This document shows, in pieces, positions 41,245-52,062 of a stretch of 64,000 nucleotides of DNA. A program made the position numbers and the translations under genes. A model generated the notes under the pieces. The model ran no database searches. It was given only the letters and a program-made list of their open reading frames with translations, and was not told the origin of the DNA. Within the stretch, counting starts at the first letter, position 1, and every line of letters begins with the position of its first letter. Origin of the DNA: Tortispora ganteri (Eukaryota); the NCBI GenBank assembly GCA_003707115.1, contig PPNB01000001.1:620001-684000 (forward strand). The letters are read 5' to 3'.

Positions 41245-43257
41245 CTAAGCATTCCAAACTGTAACATTTTCCGGCTCTTCACTGCCTTCAGCAGTTCCAG
41301 ATTCTGCGCTTCCATCATTATACACTGCAGCAAACGGCGAGTCTTCATGGGCCAGGTCAACGGCATCCTTGGCGGCCTCAAGCGCTTCCGCAGGCGGCAA
41401 TGTCTGTGCCTTCTCTATACGTTCAAGAACTTCGTCCGCTTTCTTCCTTAAAGCAAGCCGGTCTAGAAATAGTTGCTGGCGATTTCGTTCAAGCTCTCTT
41501 CGCTCCAGTTCCAGCACTCTTTCCAACTGATTAAACTTAGACATCTTCAAATCAAGCTTTTTCAGTTGTGTGCTCACTAAATCATTCACTAGCTTAGTCA
41601 TGAGTCGTTCTTGGTCCGTAGCAAACACCTGAGCACGAGCAGCAATGGCTCCTAATGTTACAGATGCCATCTTCTGAATATCTTCTGTGCCGTTGCCTTT
41701 ACCTTCATCAACTTCCATCTTATCATCATTAGAATCTTTACCGTTCTTCTCTCCTTCAAGCTTCTCCAGAGCAGCCTTAGCAGCTTTGGAAGCTGCATCA
41801 GCTACTTTAGGATCGACCAGCGACGCCAAAAATGATACCACAGAAACAACTGGATTGTCAGCGTGTGAAAATGGAACCTTGTTATATTTTAATGGTCCAA
41901 GTGAGTCCGGATCTTTCTCAAGATAAGGGTCTTCAATAGGCAATTGCAAAAAACGCGCAACACATTGCTCTCGAGTACGGCTGCCAACATGCTCAGCAAT
42001 CTTACCCCAATCATCTTCAAACATTTCAAGACCCTCCAGGAGCAACAAAGTTTCCTGATCTGTCCAAGGTCGGTCCCTTTCGGTAGAGTTAGCATCTATT
42101 TCCTCCATCTTGACATAGTCTGCGCTCTGAGTATTCGACGGGAATCTCGCTTCGACAAAGCAAGAAGGACACAGGTCGTGTGTTTTGGTTTTCAGGTTAT
42201 GATAACGAACTCGAGTTGTATCAATTCCGCATGTGAAACAGTATATGCGCTTAATAGTAGGAGCAACAGGAGGGCCTATAGGTGAACCATCTGTGCGCAA
42301 AGGGTTACCCTTCTCATCGTATATGTTTTTGCGAATTTCGAGATTCACATGAGGAAGAGTGCCTGAAGTAGTGAGCAAATGTCCAGCGCTTTTCTCTGAA
42401 CTGCCGGAAGCCGCTGCGTTCATACCTTCTTTGGACAATTGGGAACCTAATGCTGGTTGGAATGGGATGAGACCTCGAGGGGTGTCAGCCGTGATGGTAA
42501 AATGACCAGTGTAGGGAGGAGTAATTGAAGAAGGCCTAGTATCTGAGTCCACCTGATAGTTAATCAATCCCCATTGTTCCAAAAAGGAATGGACACGCAT
42601 TATAGCACAGACATCACCCGCTAAGTTTCGACGGCAGGCAGTGACTGTGAGATATTCAGAGGGGTTTAGTCGATATGTATTAATCATAAAATCGCGGTAG
42701 TCTTGATAAACAGCCGGAGTTTTAGAGCGATTGCGATTGTTAAAGAACTCTGGTAAAGATTTCTTTTCGATGGAGTGAATTTGAGTCATGTCGAACCATA
42801 AAGCATAAGAAGGGACAACAATTTGATGAGTTTGCTCAGCCAAGAACTTGCGAGCTTTTTCAGCCAACGCAGCGGTCTGAGAAGGCTGTGAATCGGCGGA
42901 TACGGAAGCTCCGTTAACTTCTGGAGGCTGCTCTTCACTGGTGGCAGTGCCATTAAGTGTGGTTGAGCTATTTTGTTCATTAGTTTCTGAAGCAATATCG
43001 ACTTCAGTTTTAACGGTGGCATTTTCCTCAGCAGCTTTTTTATGAGGATCATCTAGAGGAAATTCACTAGATTTATCGGCAGAATCAACTTTGGCCGCGG
43101 AGGGTTCAGAGTCAGCATTCGCAGTTTCGCCAGATTCATTAGCCATAGATTCTTCAGCTTGCACATCGTCCATCGCAGCATCTTCTAGAGGAGCCGGAGT
43201 TTCCGAATTTCTTTCAGCAGTAGCAGCATTATCGCCATTTTCCGATGCTGATGACAT
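41245..43257 (-). CDS. RSC8: SWI/SNF-RSC core subunit (SWIRM, ZZ finger, SANT, coiled coil); Rsc8/Swi3/Ssr2 type
   Basis: [33 protein letters not shown] finger, [23 protein letters not shown]. Confidence 0.85.
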   Translation of the reverse strand: MSSASENGDNAATAERNSETPAPLEDAAMDDVQAEESMANESGETANADSEPSAAKVDSADKSSEFPLDDPHKKAAEENATVKTEVDIASETNEQNSSTTLNGTATSEEQPPEVNGASVSADSQPSQTAALAEKARKFLAEQTHQIVVPSYALWFDMTQIHSIEKKSLPEFFNNRNRSKTPAVYQDYRDFMINTYRLNPSEYLTVTACRRNLAGDVCAIMRVHSFLEQWGLINYQVDSDTRPSSITPPYTGHFTITADTPRGLIPFQPALGSQLSKEGMNAAASGSSEKSAGHLLTTSGTLPHVNLEIRKNIYDEKGNPLRTDGSPIGPPVAPTIKRIYCFTCGIDTTRVRYHNLKTKTHDLCPSCFVEARFPSNTQSADYVKMEEIDANSTERDRPWTDQETLLLLEGLEMFEDDWGKIAEHVGSRTREQCVARFLQLPIEDPYLEKDPDSLGPLKYNKVPFSHADNPVVSVVSFLASLVDPKVADAASKAAKAALEKLEGEKNGKDSNDDKMEVDEGKGNGTEDIQKMASVTLGAIAARAQVFATDQERLMTKLVNDLVSTQLKKLDLKMSKFNQLERVLELERRELERNRQQLFLDRLALRKKADEVLERIEKAQTLPPAEALEAAKDAVDLAHEDSPFAAVYNDGSAESGTAEGSEEPENVTVWNA

Positions 43258-43889
43258 GTTTCAGTGAATAATAACTCGATCTTGTACGAAGGTTTAGATT
43301 CAATATGGTTAGACACAACAGACGACAACAAGATATGCAGAAGCTTAGTAAATATTGAAGCCTCTAAATTCTAGGGACAATCAAGCGTTTTCAATATATT
43401 AACAATCAACAAAGCAAATCAAAGTTCACTTGGTCAAATTGCCAGATCGATGGGGTACTTAAACGCGCCGAAAACGTTCAAATTATCGAACAAAAGGTAT
43501 TCCCTTGGTGTTAGCGTGAAATAAGGGGAGAAGGGAAGCTTTTTGATGCGTAAAGGTGGCATTGCGGGTTCTAAATACCAGGGTCAAGGGTTAAAGATGT
43601 TTTGTTGCTATAGCTACCACTTGATTTATTCGGGAAACGGTTGTTATGCAAACAACGACCCCGATCAGTTTACCCCGGACGGAGCCCGAAGAGCTCTTTC
43701 TCTTATATACGACGAAAGGATAGTCACTAAGAGGCCACTTTTTCGCATTTCCTGAACTGTAAAGCCTCTATTAAATTTAAAAAGTTTGACAGAATTGGAA
43801 ACAAAGGCACCCTACCGGAGAAACATAGTTCTATTTGCTGTTAAATCTGTATAGACCGTCCATTTCATATCGGCTAATTCATTTGCACA

Positions 43890-44894
43890 ATGTTGTCCCG
43901 TACTGTTTTCTCACGATTCGCTACTTTCCAGAAGACTAGACTTGCGTCTACTCTTGCATTTCTTGAGCATTCTTCTTCTCAACTTACACCCGGTTCACTA
44001 AATACCGTGACTGCTGCCTCTAAGCTTGGCGGAGTTACCGCTCTTCTTGCGGGTACTGGAGCCAGGGAAGCTGCAGCGGCCGCTGCGCAGCTAGCTGGCG
44101 TCGAGAAAGTGCTCGTTGCGGAAGACGCCGCTTACGACCATGGATTTGCCGAAAAAATCACGCCTTTGGTAGCCGCTAATGTGTCGAAGCACGGGTTTAC
44201 TCATGTTGTCGCTCCTGCCTCCAGTGTCGGCCGCGGATTCATTCCCAGACTCGGAGCCTCCTTAGACGTCCAGCCTCTGTCCGATATCATTGGCATAGAG
44301 TCTGAAAACACATTTGTTCGCCCTATTTATGCTGGAAATATCATCACCACCGTAAAAACTTCAGACAAAATTGTGCTGCTTACTGCCCGTGGAACCGCCT
44401 TCCCGCCTGCACAAAAAGGCGAGTCCACTGCACCCATAGAGGATGCCGAGGCCGCTGATTTATCGGGCACTCCTACTGTCAAGTTTATTTCCGAACATCT
44501 TGCTAAGAGCGAGCGTCCCGACCTTGGATCCGCTACCCGTGTTGTCTCAGGCGGCCGAGCTCTAAAGGACAAGGAAAGCTTTGACTCGCTCGTTTTCCCT
44601 CTTGCTGACGCTCTTGGTGCTGCAGTTGGTGCTTCCAGAGCTGCAGTTGATGCCGGATATGCTGACAACTCTCTGCAGGTTGGACAGACTGGTAAGGTCG
44701 TTGCACCTGAGCTCTATATTGCTTTAGGTATCTCTGGTGCTATTCAGCATCTCGCCGGTATGAAAGACGCCAAGACTATCGTCTGCATCAACAAGGACCC
44801 CGAGTGTCCGCTCTTTGGCCTTGCAGATTTCAGCTTAGAGGGCGACATTTTCCAGATCGTTCCTGAGCTCACTGAAAAGGTCAAGAATGCTTAG
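43890..44894 (+). CDS. AIM45: Electron transfer flavoprotein alpha subunit
   Basis: RPIYAGN, VSGGR, GASRAAVDAG, QVGQTGKVVAPELYIALGISGAIQHLAGMKD. Confidence 0.95.
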   Translation: MLSRTVFSRFATFQKTRLASTLAFLEHSSSQLTPGSLNTVTAASKLGGVTALLAGTGAREAAAAAAQLAGVEKVLVAEDAAYDHGFAEKITPLVAANVSKHGFTHVVAPASSVGRGFIPRLGASLDVQPLSDIIGIESENTFVRPIYAGNIITTVKTSDKIVLLTARGTAFPPAQKGESTAPIEDAEAADLSGTPTVKFISEHLAKSERPDLGSATRVVSGGRALKDKESFDSLVFPLADALGAAVGASRAAVDAGYADNSLQVGQTGKVVAPELYIALGISGAIQHLAGMKDAKTIVCINKDPECPLFGLADFSLEGDIFQIVPELTEKVKNA

Positions 44895-45022
44895 AAAATC
44901 GTAAAATATAAATACACGAAACTCGAAGACTAATAATTTCAGGCGCGTAGCCGCCTATCCCATACCCTGCTTTGCTCACACCCAGTGCGCGACGACGCGA
45001 ATTATTTACTTATTTCAGATCC

Positions 45023-46972
45023 ATGTCCTCGTCCCCGTCTTCTGTAAATACTCCGCCGACGCCTGTTGACACGTCACCGTTATCAAACGAAAAACTCAAA
45101 CGGCTGAACTTCTTGGTGGAGCGGTCAAAGATATACACGTCTGTTCTCGCCGACAGACTTGCTGAGTCCAATGAGGAACCGCCGGCGAAGAAACACAAAC
45201 CAGACCCCACGTCGCCTAAAAAGCCCAAACCTGCGCTTTCAGCACTTGAATTCACTCAATCTGAGACCACAGCCTCTAAAACAAAGCAGTCAAAATACGT
45301 AAAAGCCGAACTGCGTCCTTACCAGAGCGAAGGCGTCGACTGGCTCGTCAGTTTGTACGAGAACGGTCTTAACGGTATTTTGGCCGATGAGATGGGACTC
45401 GGAAAGACGTTGCAAACTATTGCATTCATTGCGTATCTGATAGATCAAGGTGTTTCTGGCCCCTATTTGGTTGTGTGTCCGCTATCGGTCGTGGAGAATT
45501 GGATTTCAGAAATCCAGAGGTTCGCGCCTGATCTGATGCCCGTTGTGAAGTATCATGGCGCCAAAACTACTAGAACCAAGCTACTCAGAAAACTCAGGAC
45601 CGCGAATATCGTTATTACCTCTTACGAAATGATTATCAAAGACGCGCCCCAACTGAGACGCATTCCCTGGAGGTTTGTTATAGTCGACGAGGGTCATCGT
45701 ATCAAAAACCTCAATTGCAAATTAATCCAGGATTTGAAATCTTTCGATACCGCGAACAGACTGCTACTCACTGGAACACCACTACAAAATAACCTCGCTG
45801 AGCTTTGGTCTCTTCTGAATTTTCTTCTCCCCGATATATTCCCTGATCTAGCTTTGTTCCAGTCCTGGTTCGATTTTAGCGGTTCTGATTCATCTATCGC
45901 TATAGACGCGTCGTCTGATTTAGTTCAGTCATTGCACTCAATATTAAAGCCTTTTGTGTTAAGACGAGTTAAATCTGCAGTTGAGAGAGACGTTCCTGCC
46001 AAACGGGAATATGTCCTCTATGCTCCGCTAACCGACCTGCAAAGAAACCTATATAACGCCATTTTGGACGGAACAATACGCGAAGTATTGAAAGTGAAAC
46101 TGGAACAAATGGTAACAGAATATGTGGAAGACGGAAAAGACGCTACTATCACCGATATTAATGCCACAGTTAAAGCTGAAATGGCCCAAAAACGGCTTCA
46201 AAACCGTGTCATGCAGTTACGACTAGCATGCAACTCACCGCATTTATTCATTAGTCCCTGGCTTGAAAAAGATCCAGCTGGTGCCATCATGAAGCAGTCC
46301 GGAAAAATCCAGGTCCTGGATTCTTTGGTGACGAAGCTGCTTGACGATAATCACAAGGTATTGGTTTTCTCGCAGTTCTCGAAAATGCTCGACATTATTG
46401 AAATATGGTCTGAACATAAAGGCTTAGAAACTTGCAGAATAGATGGTTCTGTTTCTCAGGAAGACCGTGTGACCGCTATAAATGTATTCAACGAATCAGA
46501 TGAGCATAAACTGTTCTTATTATCCACAAGAGCAGGGGGGCTCGGGTTGAATTTGGTTGCCGCCGATACTGTTATTTTAATGGATTCAGATTGGAACCCA
46601 CAAGTCGATAAACAAGCAATTGATCGCGTTCATAGAATTGGACAGACCAAACCAGTGCTCGTCTTCAGGCTCGCAACAGTTGGAACAGTAGAACATTTGA
46701 TATTGGATAAAGCCAACGCTAAATATTATTTGGAGAAATTGGTTATTCAGCCTAATGCATTTTGGATCCCTTCACAAGAAAAGCTGAAGAAACAGCAAGA
46801 CAACCAGCAGACTGAGTATATCCTGGCAGATGATCTACGAGATAGGGTATGTTCTCCTTTAACAGAAGACGATTATATGGTACTTCTTGACCGGTCGCCA
46901 AAATCTTATAAGGAACCGATACTGGCGAATGAGGACCAGGATAAATACATCAAGTTTATATTAATGAGATGA
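45023..46972 (+). CDS. IRC5: SNF2-family helicase, LSH/HELLS/DDM1 subfamily
   Basis: LVERSKIY N-terminal motif, SLYENGLNGILADEMGLGKTLQ, DEGHRIKN, STRAGGLG, DSDWNPQ; first ATG at 45023. Confidence 0.88.
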   Translation: MSSSPSSVNTPPTPVDTSPLSNEKLKRLNFLVERSKIYTSVLADRLAESNEEPPAKKHKPDPTSPKKPKPALSALEFTQSETTASKTKQSKYVKAELRPYQSEGVDWLVSLYENGLNGILADEMGLGKTLQTIAFIAYLIDQGVSGPYLVVCPLSVVENWISEIQRFAPDLMPVVKYHGAKTTRTKLLRKLRTANIVITSYEMIIKDAPQLRRIPWRFVIVDEGHRIKNLNCKLIQDLKSFDTANRLLLTGTPLQNNLAELWSLLNFLLPDIFPDLALFQSWFDFSGSDSSIAIDASSDLVQSLHSILKPFVLRRVKSAVERDVPAKREYVLYAPLTDLQRNLYNAILDGTIREVLKVKLEQMVTEYVEDGKDATITDINATVKAEMAQKRLQNRVMQLRLACNSPHLFISPWLEKDPAGAIMKQSGKIQVLDSLVTKLLDDNHKVLVFSQFSKMLDIIEIWSEHKGLETCRIDGSVSQEDRVTAINVFNESDEHKLFLLSTRAGGLGLNLVAADTVILMDSDWNPQVDKQAIDRVHRIGQTKPVLVFRLATVGTVEHLILDKANAKYYLEKLVIQPNAFWIPSQEKLKKQQDNQQTEYILADDLRDRVCSPLTEDDYMVLLDRSPKSYKEPILANEDQDKYIKFILMR

Positions 46973-46983
46973 GACCTTGACGT

Positions 46984-48178
46984 TCACGATCGTCCTCGGA
47001 GAAATCTTTGAACAAATGTGTATAAAGACTCGAAAGTCTTATATGAAGAACCCCTTTGCCAGTCGATTATCACATTATAGTTTGTGCAAGTAATTGAAGC
47101 CTCGAAATTTTCTGGCACTTGTAAATTTTTGTTCCTTCTATAAGCTCTATTCCATACTGGGCCAGGCGCAGAAACAAATACAGTATCTTTATTGATTGAC
47201 AATTGGAGGTTGCGAACGTTATGAAAGCAATCTTTCACCAAATCCTCTGGTGATATGACTTTGTATATGCATAATTGGTTTCTCGGCAGTAATCTAGATA
47301 GCGAGGCCTCAACGTTGTGCGATAGGTGAACAGGAGGCCGTTTATCGCGGAATGACCAACCTATAATCCATCGTCTTGTTTTGTATCGATGTGAAGGAAA
47401 ATACATGGTTGTAATTATTATATTATCCAGTCCGATTGACTTCAAATTTTCAATTAAAGAGCGGGCAGTTGATTTGTGCCCACATAACGTTGTGTACCAA
47501 GAAATCTCTGTGGTCCATTTGAGACTTTCTGACACCAAGCGGTTGATAAATTCCAATTCACCCCCTGCTGTTATCAGTTCATTTTCAGAGGCAAACAGTG
47601 GATCATGGGGAGTTTGAAGCTTCCGATTTGATTGAAGTTCTAAGGAGGCAAGAGAATCATAGAAAGGAGGATTGCACATTACTGCGTCGACCTTGTCGGG
47701 AATCAAAGGATCGCTGTCAAGAGTCAATTTCAAATGAATTCTGTCTTGAAGAGAGTTCTGTGCAATGTTTTTAGCTGCTATTTCGATGGATTCCGGATCA
47801 ATATCAGTGCCGATGAACTTCATTGAAGAATTGACCTTGCATCCTAGAAGAGGATAAATGGCAGAAGCACCAGTTCCGCTATAGTTAGCAATCGTTCATT
47901 GAAGTCAAGTTAAATATACTTACATATCTAGAACAGTTGAGTTGCCATCTAATATATGATTTAGCCATATGATATAGTATAGTCGGTTCGGTATCTAATG
48001 TTAGCTAGATTGTTGATGTATGTAAGTGCTCACTTACCCTTGGACATAGCCGATTGGTAGGTAGATCAACTATTAATTGAAAGTCTTTCTGAAGTGCATA
48101 TTTCGCATTATCATATGCAGATAATTTGGCGTTATATGGTGACAATCTATCAAGCACTTGTTGTAGTACTAACGTCAT
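46984..48178 (-). CDS. METTL16/RlmF-family m6A methyltransferase; exons 48178-48038, 47994-47924 and 47878-46984 (5' end uncertain)
   Basis: Removing two GTAAGT...CTAAC..TAG introns (43 and 45 nt) gives LPTNRLCPR|IPNRLYYIIW...LDI|GTGASAIYPLLG...MCNPPFY...GGELEF...TRRWIIGWSF. Confidence 0.88.
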
Positions 48179-49553
48179 ATCTAAAGTCAAAATTAGTTAA
48201 TGTAGAAATAATCGTTGCAACGGTCCAAAACCTAGGCATCAATTAGGTTTTTTGCGTGCATGGTATGCAGTCGGCTTTATAAGCTGCTGAAAGGATAGGT
48301 GCTTCTTTATAAACAAACTCACAGAATTTATAACGATAACTAGATGAGTACTTGTAATATCCGTCGCATCTACAATACAATTTAACCTCTATGCCGTTTT
48401 GCGCGCCGTTATCGAAATGGTACGCGAGCTATTCTAGCTGCAATCAACCATACAGTGACTAAAAGAAAACTGCAAACGCGTTATATTATGAAAATAGACT
48501 AAAATAGCAAGCCGAAAAGGTATATTAGCATTGTTTTCTATTAGGAAGGAACGAGCCTTGGCTGGGCGGAATGACAGAAAGAATTAGCAGGGATGGAAAA
48601 CGCGAACAAATTAGACTTTTAGTTTCTTATAATCATAGAAGACGCGTTTGGGCAATACTGGGAAGTTCCACTAACATTTAGGCCGTAAACTTGAGCAAAA
48701 ATACCGCGATTGAAAACTATTACTGATAGATTGGCATACTCTGATTCATTTCGAGTAATTTTTAAACTTGTAGCAGTATACTACGGTAAATGCAGTGGTA
48801 CCTAACTGTGAACATATCTGAATGCAGTCTACCGGAAGGTGCACATTCCTCCGTCAAAGATAAACAGCTAATAAGAGATTGGTGATTTCATTTCTCTTTA
48901 TTATTGCCTGCTTATTGGCATAATTGGTCAAGTTTTAAGTTTTAATTTTCATATACCCATGTGTTTTTGTTTTATCTGTTTTGGCTCTGAGTCTATTGTA
49001 AGGTGAGGTAATGTTTTTTTTTTTGTTTACGTGCTCTACAAGGCACAACAGCCCCATCGCTATTCCACCTAACGCAAGTTAGATAACCCACAATTGTCCA
49101 CTGCGCAAGTCTAAAACTACATGATATTAATAATCTTGCAATTACTTTTATTCGATCACATTATGCCAATTTTTCCTACTCATAACTGGTATATACGAAC
49201 AAACCTGGCATCGCAAAGAATTCAGGTCTGGTTCAAACTTTATTTGTTTCCTAATTTGGCTGAAAAATGAAGGGAGGCTGCCAAAACTGAAACTTTATTA
49301 GTCTAATACCAAGAATTTACAAATTTTTGAACTTAATCTATAAACGATAGCCAATAAACGCGTCTTAAATTACAGGCAAAATTAAATTTAAACTACTTTG
49401 ACCAGGTTTCTCATCCCATTGGAATGCTTCATAAACTCCATCCGCGACAATATAAAAAGCCCACTTTTGGCCATTCTCCCTCCTTTACTTTAGTCATTAT
49501 CAGTAAATTTTACTCCTAACTTTTTACATTCGTTTAAATACATTCCTTTGAAA

Positions 49554-50192
49554 ATGAGAACTTCCACTGTCCTTGCTCTTGCTGCTGGCGCTTCTGCCCA
49601 GTTCACCAACGGTACTGCTAGCGTTTTGCCCATTGACCAGTCCACCACTGCCGCTGCGACTACCACTCCTGCTGTTGCTCCCGTAGTTAATGTTAATGTT
49701 GATGTTGACGTAAACGTCGATGTCGACATTGCTGTTACCTTCTTTGGAACTGTCCCTGCTACTATCACTAAGACTGGTGTTTGCACTGATTCTGACATTG
49801 CTACTGTCACTGCTACCACCACCGAAGTTGTATGCTGCGAGACTGACGACACTTGCTCCACCACTGTTGTTCCTTGTGAGACCGTCTACTGCACCGAGTC
49901 TTGCGAGACTGTCACCCCTACCGTTTGGCCTTGTGAAAGCTGCGTTATTGTCACTGTCACTCCCTCATGCTCTACCGTTGTCGTTACTCCTACCGTCACA
50001 TCTACAACCACACTCTGCACCACTGAGGTTCCTGTCACTGTCGTCCCCACCCCTAAGACCAACGATACCACCACTACCCTCTACTACACCACCCACGTTG
50101 AGGTTCCCACTTACACTGCTTTCGCTGGTGCATCCACCGTCTCTTTCAGCGCTGGAATTATCGCTGTCGCTTTTGCTGCTTTCTTCCTTTAA
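49554..50192 (+). CDS. Secreted, probably GPI-anchored Thr/Val/Cys-rich cell-wall protein
   Basis: Signal peptide MRTSTVLALAAGASA, Thr-rich body with spaced Cys, hydrophobic C-terminus GIIAVAFAAFFL; strongly biased codons; TATAAAAA at about 49451. Confidence 0.85.
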   Translation: MRTSTVLALAAGASAQFTNGTASVLPIDQSTTAAATTTPAVAPVVNVNVDVDVNVDVDIAVTFFGTVPATITKTGVCTDSDIATVTATTTEVVCCETDDTCSTTVVPCETVYCTESCETVTPTVWPCESCVIVTVTPSCSTVVVTPTVTSTTTLCTTEVPVTVVPTPKTNDTTTTLYYTTHVEVPTYTAFAGASTVSFSAGIIAVAFAAFFL

Positions 50193-51207
50193 GCTGCTTA
50201 ACGAGATAGATTTTATCTTTTATGTTCGTCCTTATTAGCGCATATTCTTTAAAAGGAATTCTGGTCGCTAATAAACCTCTTTTTATTCATGTAAAATTAC
50301 TTTATCCTTTGATAACGTACAGTCTTTTAGTTTTACGCTATATATCACTGGTTTTTGCTCTGTTATTCTATGTAACCGCTTTGTATTGTGTTTGATCATG
50401 TTTATTGTAATTTTTTGGTTTGTTACTTTAAAGGTGTGCACGTGTAGTGTTATTTTGCTTTTTTACTAAGTGGAGTTCGCTAGCAAGCTTTAGTGAATGA
50501 ACCTCATTGGCCAACCACAACTCTTCCAGCTGGTGAACCAGCCCTGTCACAAATAGTGTTTGAGTTCGACAAAGCCAGTCGACCAAACCCAGATGTAAAC
50601 TGCTGTATAATGTAATCGACCACTATCCTTTTTTGTAAGTTTAGGTACAGTTGCGATATTTGCTCATTGCTTACAGATTGACAGGCTTGCATTTCCTTTA
50701 GTTTACCATTTGGCACAACCTTATTGCACTTAAGAAAGAGTCACTGATGTCGAGCGGCTCCGATGTGATTTACTCCTTCGGAGATTATTTGCTCATTAAT
50801 AGTTTTTAATGAGTAACGTCAGTTGTTTATATGCGTGCAATTGTCTAAACATGGGCTATGCACCGCCTTTAAGATATCTGCCATGGTCTGCGATCGCTGT
50901 GGTGATGCTCAAATCTTGAATTTCTCGAATCTCTATCATTCGCGTCTGTATTAAAGATCACTGTATTTTTGTATCAAGAGAAGTTTCTGAGCAAATATCT
51001 CGAATTAAATCTAATGTGACATTCAAGTTGGTCTTTATCTTCTAGGAAATATGTGACATGCGGCCGTTCACGCTATATTTGTTTGTTCTTATTGAGCTAT
51101 TTACTCTCTTTGATTATAGCCTAGAATGCTTTTTAGTTTGTTGAAAAAATTTCGCATACTTATTTGATTATAAATAGGTGACATCTTTCCTGTTAATCTT
51201 TATTCTA

Positions 51208-51888
51208 ATGATGTTGTTGTTGGCTTTCTTTGCACTATGTGTACTGGCGCTCGGTAAAGTTCCTTCTAATGTTGATATAACAAATTATCCTCATTTGCAA
51301 ATAATGTCTTTCAATAAGGACATTGATGGCAAAGGACTCACTGTGAACCTGGATACCAATAGAATTCAGCCTGTATTGGATCCGCAGCAAAAACCTATCA
51401 GTCTCACTGTTGTTGAGAATATAGGATATTCTAACACAGGATTCTGGTATTTGGATAATGACTTTCTAACCTTGAGCTATGATGAGACCTCTGATGTTTA
51501 TGTGGATTTCTTATATGAGATTTTGCATATAGACGATAGTTCTGGTTTGTATTATTGTCCTTCAACGCACGATATCAGTGCCGCTGAGTCTGATATTTGC
51601 TCAGATGCTATGATTATTACCACAGTTATACCAGATATGAGTGTAACAGATTTGGAAAAGCGTGCAGATAGCGGATGTGAAGATTGTGGTGAATCTGATA
51701 TACAGTCTGCTGTTGGCAATAAGACGTCATATGCTGCAGTTGTTATTGGATCTCTTGCTAAATGTAATCAACATAGTTCAGCAATTGAAATGACTACGAC
51801 ATCTAGTGCGACTGTTTCTAGAGACGTGTCTGGAACTTTGCTGGTTATTGTATCTATATGGGCGGTATTCAGCTGTGTTTTTTTCTAA
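51208..51888 (+). CDS. Secreted/GPI-anchored protein of unknown function
   Basis: Signal peptide MMLLLAFFALCVLALG, internal LEKR dibasic site, Ser/Thr stretch and hydrophobic C-terminus. Confidence 0.7.
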   Translation: MMLLLAFFALCVLALGKVPSNVDITNYPHLQIMSFNKDIDGKGLTVNLDTNRIQPVLDPQQKPISLTVVENIGYSNTGFWYLDNDFLTLSYDETSDVYVDFLYEILHIDDSSGLYYCPSTHDISAAESDICSDAMIITTVIPDMSVTDLEKRADSGCEDCGESDIQSAVGNKTSYAAVVIGSLAKCNQHSSAIEMTTTSSATVSRDVSGTLLVIVSIWAVFSCVFF

Positions 51889-52062
51889 CATAGTACATAC
51901 CGTAACTATCTGGCGAAGTTCGAACCTCGTTCGGATGGTCTAGTGCTTGTTTATTATAAACTTAACAATTAAATAAGTATTAGCTTTCGAATTATTTTAT
52001 TTTTTAGACTGTAAATACAAAGATACTGTTTGTATTTCATATGTATGTGCATGATACTTAGA

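Noticed and set aside
49490..50238. Alternative ORFs 49490-49864, 49720-50238 and 49886-50074
   Set aside because: Shadows of the highly codon-biased cell-wall gene
50504..50716. 70-aa minus-strand ORF in a 1-kb intergenic region
   Set aside because: Non-ATG start, no motif and no supportable splice structure
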